Positions 28,798-41,052 of a DNA stretch of 64,000 bases are shown piece by piece. The translations under genes and the position numbers were made by a program. Source of the stretch: Zygnema circumcarinatum SAG 698-1b (taxonomy: Eukaryota; Plantae; Zygnematophyceae); assembly GCA_037447605.1 (NCBI GenBank), contig CM074810.1, positions 372,001 through 436,000 on the forward strand, written 5' to 3'. Below the pieces are notes generated by a model that ran no database searches, was not told the origin of the DNA, and was given only the letters and a program-made list of their open reading frames with translations. Every line of letters starts with the position of its first letter. Within the stretch, counting starts at the first letter, position 1.

Positions 28798-29693
28798 CCC
28801 ATGTCATTGAAGAACGTGCGCTATGGCCGGGCCGCCTTTTGGGCAGCCTTGGAGAGGAAGTGGGAGTGGGGGGGAAGGGAGGGAAGGGGAGGGAAAGGGA
28901 CAAGAAAGGAGAATTTGAGAGAAAAGGGAGACAGCGGGAGAGGGAGAGGGAGTGCATGGAAACAAGGATATGGAGAGAGGGAGGGGAAGAGCCGAGGACG
29001 GCAAGGACTGAGAGAGGGAGAGGGAGTGGAGAGAGGGAGGGAAGGTGTGAATAGTTGAGTTGCGAAGCTCTCACATGGTGGGGAAGGATGGGTTGGGGGG
29101 GGGGGGGCTCAGTTCCCTCGCAGTACTATGCCTCCCTCTACAGCAGCCCTCGCACTCCCCGCGATGGCTTCACCCGCCAGGACAGCGGCTTCCGGTCCTA
29201 CGAGAGCTGAACCCTAAACTATGAACCCTGAACCCTAACCCTAAACCTCAGGCTTGCTTTAAACTTGCTGTCAACTGCGTCTGTAACGATCTGCATTGGC
29301 TCACGTGTCTATATGTTTGGAAATGTGTGATATCTGTTGGATATGGAGAGGGTTGTCCTGGACAGTTTCTATAGGCCGAAGTTGGTGGGGGGGAAAATGG
29401 CATTGAACTCATGGCATTGAAGTTGGTTGATCATGTTGGTGGGTAGTTCTAGTTGATGTGAAATAGTCCCCTCGTGCAGGCGACCATGGTACTAGGGAGA
29501 TGAATGGTGTGGCGCAACGAAGTTGGGCGATGTTTGGGTCTTGTGAGAAGCATGTTATAGGCATCATCATCATCATCATGTTGCAGTGTTCCATGTTGCA
29601 TGTGCCTGTCACATGGCCCCATCCATGGTGATAACATTTGACGCATCGCTATTCCGATATCAATGGAAATTCTCTCTTCTCAAATCATCATTA

Positions 29694-29918
29694 GAGTGGG
29701 TCAGACATGGACCATGGCCGTACTAAATTTTCGAATTTAGTATACTGTACTAAAAGTCAAAGTTTCGTGTACGAATTCCGGTCGGGATCCGCGGCTTCGC
29801 CGAGCCCAGCCGTACCGAAATGCGTACCGTGCCAATGTCTTAATTCGCAAGTGCCAATGCTTAATTCGCCCGACAGGCGTACTAATTTGACTTGGAGATG
29901 GTCAATGTCTGACCCCCC
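29694..29918. mobile_element. ~225-bp GTAC-rich MITE
   Basis: TIRs GAGTGGGTCAGACATGGACCAT and (reverse complement) GGGGGGTCAGACATTGACCAT; TA/TTA flanks. Confidence 0.7.
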
Positions 29919-30004
29919 TATTGTATCAAAATGGAATGCTTTGACAAACGTGTGGTTACAGCATGTGTTAACAACGGGATCTGCCACGTTTGCATATTTC
30001 CTAA

Positions 30005-30023
30005 CGTGGCACGCTGTAATTGG
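30005..30023 (-). promoter_or_regulatory. CCAAT-N9-CCACG element ~340 bp upstream of TTLL12
   Basis: Plus strand CGTGG CACGCTGTA ATTGG. Confidence 0.5.
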
Positions 30024-30363
30024 TCCAATATGAGACAGGACTCTCCCAACATTCTAATTCTACAGTTGGCTTTGTTCCAAGATCAAAATTTCTTTTTGTA
30101 AAAGCATAGAAAGTTTCAATACTACCCTCGGTAAAGTAACATCCTTGATAAAGACATCTGCATTCAGTACTTTCCACAATCCAACCTGATTTTGCTCGAT
30201 AAAGTCACAACACACAGAACCCCTCAAGAATGCTAGGAAAACTACAAGAAGTCACTAACAGACAGCCAGTACTGGACCTTTCAAACTTCTACGAGGGCGA
30301 ATCCTCTTAGTAATGTAAGCCTTCAAATACCAAAATTTTAGGTTTACATGCTCTACTCCCGCC

Positions 30364-31953
30364 ATGGCGATCGACGACTTCGAAGACTTCAAGCGCGTCC
30401 ACGGAGTTCTGCTCCTCTCTGCGGGGCTGCCGCCGGCGCTCCATGCGCCTCTGTTCCGTAAATTGCGAGATTCCATTTTTGACGCCGGCCGTTACTTTGA
30501 GATCAAAGAGACGGAGGAAGAGGGGAGGGGGAGGCAGAGGCGGCTGGTCCTTAGGGCTGACGTCATGCCCGCAGAGAGTGATGTATTCCTCATAGACCAC
30601 GCGTGGTCCTTCCGACTGCCTGACGCACGTCAGCAGGTGCGCTCGGTTAGGGTTTAGGGTTTGGGGTTTAGGGTTAAGGGTTTGGGGTTAAGGGTTCGGG
30701 TTTTCAGGGTTTAGGGTTTAAAATTTTGAGTTTAACAGGGTTTAGGGTTAGGGTTTTCAGGGTTTGGGGTTTAGGGTTTGGGGTTTAGAGTTTGGGGCTT
30801 AGGGTTTAGGGTTTTCCAGGGTTTAGGGTTTAAGGTTTTGAGTATTACAGGGATTAGGGTTTTTCAAGGTTTAGGGTTAGGGTTTTCTGGTTTCCGGTTT
30901 CTGGTTTTTGGGGTTTCAGAGTTGAGGGTTTTTAAGGGTATTCTGGTTCTTGGGTTTTTGGGTTTTTGAGTTTTTGGGGTTTTAGGGTTCAAGGTTTTAG
31001 GGGTTTCTGGTTTTGAGTTTTAGAGTTTTGGGGTTGTAGGGATTTTAGACTTTTCAAAGATTTAGGGTTTTGAAATCTCAGATGTTTTAATTAAGCCTGT
31101 GCTTTATCTCTTGCTATTTCAAAACTCCATTTTTTAAACTTAAAAAAAAAACTAAACGATTAAAGGTGGAAAATTTTCAATCATTTGCAAAATAAGAAAG
31201 TAAATAAATAAATAAGTAAAACTTCAATTATTTTTTTTTTCCTCCCTTAACCTCATTTTTCAGCTTGAAGAAGTTCCCGGTCTTGTGGAGCGAATGGCTG
31301 CCATGATGTGCGTGACAGATGTCACACCTAACGCCGATGACGTCCGCAGCGACGGTGGCATTGACGCTGATGACGTCAGCGGCGACGCCGTTGAGTCCGT
31401 TGAGGCTCTACTGACCTCCGTTAAAACGGAAACGGAACGGAACGGAGGATCTATGCGGTGGTTGGAGCTGGATGAGAGGGGGCTTTCTGACGAGCAGCTG
31501 AAAGGGCTCGACCTCGGATCGACCTTCCCGGTATGTATGGGCGAATTCGGACATTGAACTAACTTAAAATTAAACTAAACTAATATTCAAATTGAACCAA
31601 GTCAAGTTAACTAAACTCATATTGAAATTGAACTAGGTTAAAATTAAACTAAACTAATACTGAATTTGAACCTCGTTAAGCTTTATTTTGCATTCAGGGT
31701 CTCACAGCTTTAAAGGGATTTGGAGCTTTTAGAAGTCAGCTAAGTTAGCCGATTTCACCCTCCATCCATCTTTCTCGACAATGAGTTTAAGAGTTGGACA
31801 ATGGAGAATCAAACCAATTGATTTGAAAGACTATGAAGGAACACAAGAGAGATAGGGGGAGAGAGGTGGAGAGAGGGGGGTGGGAGAGAGAGGGGGGGAT
31901 GGAGGGGAACGGAAGGGAAGAGCGGAGGAAAGTGGAGTATAGCGAGAGAGAGG

Positions 31954-31999
<46 letters not shown>

Positions 32000-34900
32000 G
32001 CGAGAGAGAGAGAGCGAGGGAGAGTGGGAGAGAGAGAGATAGAAAGGGGAGAGAAATCATTTGAGACATTTGGACATTTTCATATGCATGTGATTGCATT
32101 GCAGGAGCTGGAAGGTTTGAGTCTGTGGGGAAATAATTTGCAGTCCGTACAAGCAGTTTTGGACGGCACAAAGGGGCTCTCAGAGTTGCGCGCTCTGTGG
32201 CTCAACGGAAACCCCGTTGAACAAAACAGGTGAGCGTTGCATGGAAATCCTCCTCTCGGTCTCCATCGAACCAGTTTATTCTGAGTCAATTTTAGGATTT
32301 TTGAGAGTTCGAGTTTTTGGACTCCCTTAGGGTCTATAGAGTCCTCTATTTATTTAAAAAAAAAAAAAAAAAAACATTAACCATGCTTTACATTCAAGGA
32401 AAGCTTATGGTTGTCGTTTTATGTGTTTTGATGTTTAAAATTCTATCTGAGCCCAAATTTTGAAACTTAGAACTTACAAGAAGCGATTGATTAGGAAAAT
32501 GTGAAATGACCCAGTTAATGTGACTTAATCGAAAGGTAAGGTGATCAAATGAAAGTGACTTTACCAAAAGGATCAAGTGATCCAATCAAAGCGCCTTCAG
32601 GGAAAGCTAAAAACGTATATACTGAAAGTGACTTTAGGGAAAGGTAAAGTGGCTTTAGGGAAAGGTAAAGTGGCTTTAGGGAAAGGTAAAGTGACTTTAG
32701 GGAAAGGTAAAGTGACTTTAAGGAAATGCGAAGTGACTTTAGGGAAGTGTATAGTGACTTTATGGAAAGATAAAGTGGCTTTAGGGAAGTAAAATGACTG
32801 TATGGAAAGAAAATTGATTGTAGGGAAAGGCAAATTGACTTTAGGGAAAGACAAAGTGACTTTATGGAAAGGCAAAGTGACTTTAGGGAAAGACAAAGTG
32901 ACTTAATGAAAGAGTTACTTTGTGTGGGGCAGTGGGAGAGAGGAAATCCTAAGGACCCATCCTCAGCTTCAAGTGCTGAACAGTTTCTTCACAAAAGCCT
33001 ACTCTCATTGGGCGGTCGCCTTCTGCGCCGGATTTTATGGGCCGGAAAAATCAAATTCAGAGGGGGCTAGATCTGAAAATATTTCCCATCTTTTGAAGGA
33101 GGTAGTGGAGCTCGATCTCTCGGGTCGCGGGATGACTGCCTTAAAGCCGGAGGTGGGGGGTCAGCATCACCTATTTCTCTCTCTCCCTCTCTCCCTCTCT
33201 CTCTCTCTGTGTTTCTCTCTCTCTCTCACGTCATTCCCTCTCGCTCTTTTTCCTCCTCTCCCTCCCCCGCTCTCTTTTTCTCTTTCCCTTTCTTCCCCCC
33301 ATCTCCCTCTCTCTCTCTCTCTCCCTCTCCGTTTCTCTCCCCCTCCCTCTCCGTTTCTCTCCCCCTCCCTTCGTCCCTTCTTTTCTCTCTCTCCCTCTTC
33401 TGCTCTCCCCTCTCCCTCACTTTCTCTCCCTCCTCCCCCCCCCTCTTTCCCATTGCAACCACAAAAGTATCGAAACTCTGCCTTTCCTATTCCTCTGTGT
33501 TTCCATGTTTGGCTGTTTTACAGATCTTCACCCCTGAGGAATTTCCGGTTCTAACGGAACTGGATCTGCATGGAAACGGGTTCGAGGATCAAACCACGGA
33601 CGAGCTGTTCCATGTGTTGCAGTCGCTGCCCTCTCTGCAATCTTTGAAGGTACAAAGCTGCAGCCAAACAAAACTAAATGCAAAAAGTATTTACAAAGGT
33701 GGTCCTACAAAAAACTCTTAAAAAGGCTCGTACACCTCGGTACTCGTGTCACGCCAAAACTGTTAACTTTATCGAGGTTTGAAGAAAGTCTTCAGATTTG
33801 AGGAGTCCTAAAAACCCTAAAAACCCCCGTCACTCTGTAAGCTTCAAAGACTAAGGGTTTTCCCCAGATTTTCCCTTATGATTTATAGGAACCTTACAAG
33901 CCCTAAAAACCCTAAAGATCTCTAAACCCTAAGAACCCTTTAATACCCTAGAAACCCTAAAACCAAAACCCTAACCCTAACCCTAACCCTAACCCTAACC
34001 CTAACCCTAACCCTAACCCTAACCCTAACCCTAACCCTAACCCTAACCCTAACCCTAACCCTAACCCTCGTTTTCTAACAGGTGGACATTCCGGGCCCTC
34101 TGGGAATCTCTCCCTCAGAAATTGCGCAGAAGCTGCCCCGTCTGAGCGCTCTGAATGGTGTGAACGCGGCCAAAGTGAAGGAAGAGGGTTTTTTGGCCGT
34201 GGAGACGGAACTGAAACGAAAACTGATTCCGTTCAGCGCAGAGAAACCGTTGGCGGATCGCGTCCTGGATGCCATGTGGCAGCACGTGCAGGCCTACCGC
34301 CTGGCCACGGAGGAACAGTTGGACGAAACTCCTGTGTGGTGCGCCCAGCTCCACAGAAACCCTAAAGTCCTGAACCCTAGGGTAGGGCTACTCGAAGGGT
34401 TTTAGGGTTACGGTTGCGGACGTTGAGGGTTTCTATGTTAAGGAAACGCATGGGATGGTTAAGATGAGGGGCTTTGATTGGGTCAACGTTTCATTCTTTC
34501 TTGGATATGAAGAGCGGCGACTTTAGGAGGCTCTGAAGTGGAGAGGGGTGGTGCATGGCATGGCAGAGCACATGGCATGTCATGGCATGGCATGGCAGAG
34601 AACATGGCATGGCAGAGTACATGGCATGGCATGGCATGGAATAAGTACATGCTATGACATGGCATGGTTTCGAAAACCCTAAAAGCCATGCATGCATGGC
34701 ATGGCAAGTTTCCTAAAACCCTAAACCCATGGTTGCATGCATGCATGCATGGCATGGCAGGTACATGATGGACGAGGCGGGCGCCGCCATCGCCCACAGC
34801 CCCTCTCCCTCCGCGAAGTGCGCGCCCTTCCTCGTCCTGCCGGAGGGCGCCCTCCGCTCCGCGACAAGGTCCGCCCCCTACGCCCGCCCTTTGTCGTCTT

Positions 34901-35449
34901 CTGCGTGTCCTAGGGCATCATGACGCCGCCCCCTAGGGCGGTCTTGTCCCTTACGAATACCTCCAAAAAGAAACCCTAAGTCCCTCCCTCCAACCCTACG
35001 ACCCTCCCTTTTTGTCGTTTGGTGCGTCACAGCTACTCCCTCCTCTGGCCAATCAGAGACCTCCGTAGGGGTGACGAATGCACGCGCGACTTTTTGGCCG
35101 GATGCGGCGACGAGAGGCAGCGATTGGCGCGGCTGGGGGCGTGGTTCGATCCTCCGCACCGGCACTATTTTTACAGAGTAAGTAAAAGAGAATTTTTTCT
35201 GACCTATTGTGTGGGCTGAGAAATGAGGGATGAAGCGGAATGTGCTTAGGAAGTGATTAGGGTTTGGGGTTTAGCGGTTCCGATGGAGGAGTGGTAGGTT
35301 GAAATGGTGGTCGGGACCTGCTGTAGGGTCTGGAAGGGAGAGGGGGAGGGAGAGGGAGAGGGAGAGGGAGAGCGAGGGAGAGAGAGGGAGAGAATAACAA
35401 CGAAAGAGTGAGAGAGAGAGAGTAACACAGAAAGGGAGTGAGAGAGAGT

Positions 35450-35501
<52 letters not shown>

Positions 35502-38500
35502 CTTGAAGTTTCACATGATTCTAGTGGAGTGGTTGAAAGCAGGCCTACAAGGAGCACTGGGAGCAGCAAGGCAAAGTGAAAATTTCGCCGGAAAATTTTA
35601 CAGATTTAGCCCTTCCGGCACGGCCGGCAATTCTGGAAAAAAAAGTTTTGAAAGTTTTTTCCGACATTCCTCCTCTCCACGAACTCCTCAACCGGCCGGA
35701 CTTCACATTTGGTAATATCTCCAAAAAAAATTGAGATTTTGGAACTGAAGTTCTTGGTTTTTTAAAAAGAGAGGGAGAGAGAGAGAAAGTGAGAGAGAGA
35801 GAGAGTGAGAGGGAGAAGGAGAGGGAGGGAGAGAGAGAGAGAGAGAGGGAGAGGGAGAGAAAGGGAGGGAGAGAGAGAGAGAGGGAGAGAGAGAGAGTGA
35901 GGAGGAGAAAACCTAATTTGCATTTTGTGTGCCTATGTGGCAGTGGAGGAAATTTCGGATGCTGACATTGTGTTCACAGCGGCGCAAATTGACGATGAGT
36001 TTCGAAAAGCGACCAATATGAGATCGGAGCAAATTGTGAACCAATTTCCCTTCGAAGACTGTCTGGTGATGAAACATCATCTGGCGAGCACGATGCAGAA
36101 GGCAGGGTTCTCTCTCTCTCCCTCTCTCTCTCTCCCTCTCTCTCTCTCCCACTCTCTCTCTCTCCCTCTCGTTCTCTCTCCCTCTCTCGCCCCTGTCTAC
36201 CTCCTACCAACCGTTCTCGTCACATTTTTCTTTGCGCACTCTCTCCCTTGTCTGTTTCCTCTCATTTTCCCTCTCCCCCATCCCCCTCCCTCTTTCCCTC
36301 CCACGTCCACTTCTGTTCCAACCTCCTCTCCCTTTGGAATCATTGGACTCCCTCCCCTACTCTTATTCCCTACCACTTTTCCTACTCTAATCCTCCAACT
36401 CCCTTTCCCTCCTTGCCTTCCCCTCCCCCTCCGCCCTCCCATCTCCTCCTCCTTTCCTCTCTCCCTCGTATCCCTCCCCTCTCTCCCNNNNNNNNNNCCT
36501 CCCTCCCTCCCTCTCTCCCTCCCCTCCCTCCCTCCCTCCAGGTCTTCGGCAGCCCCCCTTGGCTTGAACCCACCTACAATATGGAAACGGACCTTCCCGC
36601 TCTCCTCGGCGACTACATGCTCCGTGAAACTGAGGGTGGTGGCCCTAACCTTTGGATTGTGAAACCATGGAACATGGCCCGCAGTTTGGACTCCACCGTC
36701 GCTTCAAGTCTGCCCCAAATAATTCGATTGCTTGAAACTGGTCCGAAAATTGCGCAAAAGTACATAAGCAGACCGGCTCTCTTCCGGGGATCGAAATTCG
36801 ATCTGCGATTTCTCGTCCTTATGAAGAGTTTCCGCCCATTGGAGGCACATCTGCATGACGTCTTTTGGGTTGGGTTTCTCTCTCTCCCTCTTCTCTCTCT
36901 TTCTCACACTCTCTCTCTTGCTCTCTTCCATCTCTCCCCCCTCTCTCTCTCTTTCCCTCTCTTCCTCACTCTCTCTCCTCTCTCACTCTCTCCTTGCTCT
37001 CTCCCTCCCCCTCTCTTTCTCTTGTCTCTTGTCTCTCCTCACTCTCTCCTCTCTCACTCTCTCCTTACTCTCTCCCTCCTCTCGTTCTCTTGTCTCTTAT
37101 CTCTTCTCTATCTCGCTCTCTCGCTCTCTCCCTCTCTCTCTCGCACTCTCTCCTTCCTCACTCTCTCCCTCCCCCTCTCTTTCTCTTGTCTTTTGTCTCT
37201 CCTCTATCTATCTCTCTCTCGCTCTTTCCTTCCTCACTCTCTCCCTCCCCCTCTCTTTCTCTTGTCTCTTGTCTCTTGTCTCTCCTCTCTCTCGCTCTCT
37301 CTCTCTCTCTCTCACGCAGGAGAGGGAGCGGGGATGCAGGCACGAATCGCTAACAAGCCGTACAGTCTTGAGGAGAAAACACTGAACGACTTTCAGACGC
37401 ACTTCACTGTCATGGTCAGACGGCGGCTCAACCCTAATTCTATCTTCTAATGAGAGTGTTGTGATGTAGCAATATTCATTTTTAGGGTTTCAATACAACG
37501 TTTGACTCCTCTCTCCTATCCCCTCTACCTTCGTCTTCACTTTCTCTCCAAAGCCTTCACCGTCCAATCTGATCTCCCAGTTCAGTTTTCTTCTCCACTC
37601 TCTACAGCGCCACATCTCTCGCTGTCTCTCTCGTTCTCCATCCTCTCTCTCCCCTCCCTCTCCCTCTCCCTCTGCCTCTCCGTCTCCCTCTCCCTCTTTC
37701 TCTCCCTTTCCGGCCTCCGCTCCATCTCTTACACGGGAAAAGAAAGGGCAGTGCAGAACTATGTGGGAAAAGTGAACCATGTTCCAACCCATGAGTTTGT
37801 TCGCGCCTTCGAAGAGGAGCATGGCGGTATGCTCCACTCTTTCTCACATTTGCCATGAAGAAAATAATCGCAAAACCCAATAAACATTCTCAATTTGGGT
37901 TCTAGCTTTCCGAATCTCTCTCTCTCTCCCTCTCTCTCTCGCTCTCTCGCCCCCCCTCCCACCTCTCCCTCCCCCTCCCTCCCTCTCTCACTCTCTTCAA
38001 CTGCTGATAGAAGCTTCTTGATTGGTTAAGCTTTATGGATTGTTGGGGTTGCATTGGAGGCAGTGACATGGAACGACATCGAGCAGCGTATCCGTTCTAT
38101 GCTGCGAGAGGTGTTCCATGCAGCCGCAGCGTTGCATCCTCAACTGCAGAACGAGCACGCGCGAGCGATCTATGGAGTCGATGTTATGCTCACTGCAGAT
38201 ATGCAACCGAAACTGCTTGAGGTGTGGCCCCCCTCCCTCCCTCTCTCGTTCTCACTCTCTCTCTCTTTATTCCCCTCTCTCTCCCTCCCGTCTGCGTCCC
38301 ACTCACTCTCTCTTTTCCCCTCTCTCCCACCCTCCCTTTCTCCCTCCCTCCCTCTCCCTCTCTCACTCTATCTCTCTCTCTCTCTCTCTTCCCCTCTCTC
38401 TCTCCCTCCCGTCTGCGTCCCTCTTACTCTCTCTTTTCCCCTCTCTCCGACCCTTCCTGCCCCCCTCTCTCCCTCTCTCCCTCCCTCCCTCCCATTTCCA

Positions 38501-38682
38501 TGGTTCCATGTTGTCTCTGAATGCAGGTAACGTATTGCCCGGACTGCTCGAGAGCATGCAATTACGACATGCAGAGGGTTTCCGGCCCTCGCCGCGGAAC
38601 CTGGTTTTTTGGAAAAAACTTCTACAACTCAGTTTTTGGATGCCTCTTCCGAGATGAGTCGGAGGGCGTCTCTCCCTTGTGA
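30364..38682 (+). CDS. TTLL12: Tubulin-tyrosine ligase-like 12, plant type with LRRs; 15 exons from 30364-30636 to 38527-38682
   Basis: F..VHG.LL.SAGLP, DVFLIDHAWSFR, LSLWGNNL, ALWLNGNP, WY.MDE.G, NQFPFEDCLVMKHHLA, LWIVKPWNMAR, QKYI..P.LF.G.KFDLR, YGVDVML, EVTYCPDC.RAC. Confidence 0.93.
30650..31075 (+). repeat. Degenerate (TTTAGGG/TTAGGG)n array starting just after the TTLL12 intron-1 donor
   Basis: Telomere-like units decay with distance from the donor. Confidence 0.85.
32625..32905. repeat. 21-bp minisatellite (AAAGGTAAAGTGACTTTAGGG), about 13 copies, TTLL12 intron 3
   Basis: Period 21; most units end in TTTAGGG. Confidence 0.9.
33967..34068. repeat. About 17 perfect CCCTAA units (TTAGGG-type telomeric repeat) ending ~13 nt before a TTLL12 3' splice site
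   Basis: Direct reading. Confidence 0.95.
34550..34760. repeat. (CATGG/CATG)n array abutting the TTLL12 exon-7 acceptor
   Basis: Repeated GGCAT/GCATG units. Confidence 0.8.
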
Positions 38683-39084
38683 TAGCAGAAGAGAAGGATG
38701 GGGATTAGGTCAGAGTCACTTTGAGTCACCTTATACCAGGTTCAATATATTTTTGTCAGCAGTAGTTTGAGCGAGGGAAAGAGAGAGAGAGAGAGGGCGA
38801 GAGAGAGAGAGATAGAGAGTGTGAGAGAGAGAGAGAGAGAGGGAGAGAGAGAGGGGGGGAGAGAGTGGTTATTTTAGAATTTTGTAACTACACCCATTTT
38901 CTTGATGCAAGATGACATCATCAAACATGAATGACGCCAGCAAAGTTGAATAAAGTTGGACCTTGAAAACCGACCTTTAGCTGAACGACGTAAAAGACCA
39001 ATTTTTAAGTTTGTTATCCTTATTTTATTTTTTTTTTTTTGCACCGGTTCATTCAAAAAATCTTCACCTTTGAACTTCAGGCTC

Positions 39085-40360
39085 AACTCTTTCACAGATC
39101 GGACCATTAGACAAACCAGTCGACTGGTTCGGAACCAGTGATCCAATGGTTGGCAACCATTGAATTTCTGAAATTATGCCTTTTTGCAAAAATGGGTCGT
39201 ATGTGTTTTTTGGTGGGTTGCTAACCGTTGACAACTAGTGTAACAAGCCTGATGCGTACAGATGCGTACGGATTCGTACAGCCGAGTTGTACGATTGTAC
39301 GGAGATTCTGTACGGCCGAACCGTAATAGTTTTCTCCGAAACGCCGACGGCATTTTGGTAGCTGTAGCGTTCAGTTCGCTACAACTAGTGATTTAATGGT
39401 TGCCAACCATTTGATTTAATGGATATAACCATTCGACTGGTTGCCAACCAGCGCCGCCAGATCGAAACAACCATTCACAGTTCGGACCAGTGGATCGGCA
39501 ACCATTGGACAACCATTGGATGGCAATGGTTGGACGTCTACTGGTCGACAACCAGTCGACTGGTTTGGAACCAGTGGATGCCACTGGTTGGCAACCAGTC
39601 GACTGGTTCGGAACCAGTGGATGCCACTGGTTGGCAACCAGTCGAATGGTTGTTTCGATCCGCAACCATTGGTTGGCAACCAGTCGACTGGTTTGGAACC
39701 AGTGGCATCCACTGGTTGGCAACCAGTCGAATGGTTGTTTCGATCCGGCGGCACTGGTTGGCAACCAGTCGAATGGTTTGGAACCAGTGGATGCCACTGG
39801 TTGGCAACCAGTCGACTGGTTTGGAACCAGTGGATGCCACTGGTTGGCAACCAGTCGAATGGTTGTTTCAGTCCTGCGCCACTGGTTGGCAACCAGTCGA
39901 ATGGTTGTTTCGGTCCGCAACCACTGGTTGGCAACCAGTCGACTGGTTTGGAACCAGTGGATGCCACTGGTTGGCAACCAGTCGAATGGTTGTTTCGATC
40001 CGCAACCATTGGTTGGCAACCAGTCGAATGGTTTGGAACCAGTTGATGCCACTGGTTGGCAACCAGTCGACTGGTTTGGAACCAGTGGCATCCACTGGTT
40101 GGCAACCAGTCGAATGGTTGTTTCGGTCCGCAACCACTGGTTGCCAACCAGTCGACTGGTTTGTCTAATGGTCCGATCTGTGCAACCATTCGACTGGTTG
40201 CCAACCAGTGGCATCCACTGGTTCCAAACCAGTCGACTGGTTGCCAACCAGTGGTTGCGGACCGAAACAACCATTCGACTGGTTGCCAACCAGTAGACGT
40301 CCAACCATTGCTATCCAATGGTTGTCCAATGGTTGCCGATCCACTGGTTGTAAAGAGTTC
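39085..40360. mobile_element. Foldback-like element built from short palindromes (CCAGTCGACTGG, TGGTTGGCAACCA, CCAGTGGATGCCACTGG) with long inverted segments
   Basis: ~39487-39545 is the near-perfect reverse complement of ~40290-40348, and 39098-39128 of ~40148-40178; a terminal hairpin GTTGTAAAGA-GTTC-TCTTTACAAC; no transposase. Confidence 0.65.
39239..39383. mobile_element. 145-bp solo LTR (TRIM-sized) inserted in the foldback element
   Basis: Begins TGTAAC and ends GCTACA; 5-bp target duplication ACTAG at 39234-39238 and 39384-39388. Confidence 0.7.
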
Positions 40361-41052
40361 TCTTTACAACGCTCAACACTGCTGAACCCTTTTTTAATGT
40401 AGATTTGATCAACTTTGCAATCATTTTTAAGTTTTGTTTTTTCAGATTATCGTTCAACCACCAATTCTCGACCGTTACATTTACAAACGAAAAAAAAAAT
40501 GCCCCAACTCCAAAACCACCTCGAACCTAATTCCCTGCAAACTGGCAGACCATTCCGTACCAAAAGTTCCCCTGCTTTTTGCCCTTAACCCTAACTCCCC
40601 CCTCTCTCCCACTCCCCTTCCTCTCCCACCCCCCTCTCGCCAGCCCCTCCTCTCCCACCCCCCTCACTCCCACCCCTCTTCCTCTCCCACCCATCTCTTT
40701 CCCACCTCTCTTCCTCTTCCACCCCCCACTTTCTCCCACCTCTCTTCCTCTCCCACCTCTCTTGCTCTCCTAGCCCTCTCTCTTCCACTCCTCTTCCTCT
40801 CCCACCCCTCTGTCTCCCACTCCTCGTCCTCTCCCACCCCTCTTCCCCTACCACCCCCCTCTCTCTCCCACCTCTCTTCCTCTCCCACCCCTCGTCCTCT
40901 CCCAACCCTCTCTCCCCCACCCCACTCTCTCTCCCACCTCACTTTCTCTCCCAACCCTCACTCTAACCCACTCCCCCCTCTTTTCCACCCCTTCTCTCTC
41001 TCCCTCGCCTACTCTCTTCCCCCCCCCCCCCCCCTCCCCCCTTCCCCTTCCC

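Noticed and set aside
28690-28865. Plus-strand stretch translating GWKPIEGTLVAHDPITAFHVGGNAYVADTDWPMSLKNVRYGRAAFWAALERKW
   Set aside because: No recognisable family, in-frame stops upstream, no clean acceptor, and it coincides with the CCAAT/CCACG palindrome; kept only as part of the orphan-promoter finding.
33967-34068. True chromosome end at the (CCCTAA)n tract
   Set aside because: The tract is short and lies inside an intron of an intact gene whose exons continue on both sides.
39393-40402. Multiple 200-300 aa Trp-rich repeat ORFs on both strands
   Set aside because: The palindromic repeat units lack stop codons in most frames; symmetry at the DNA level explains them.
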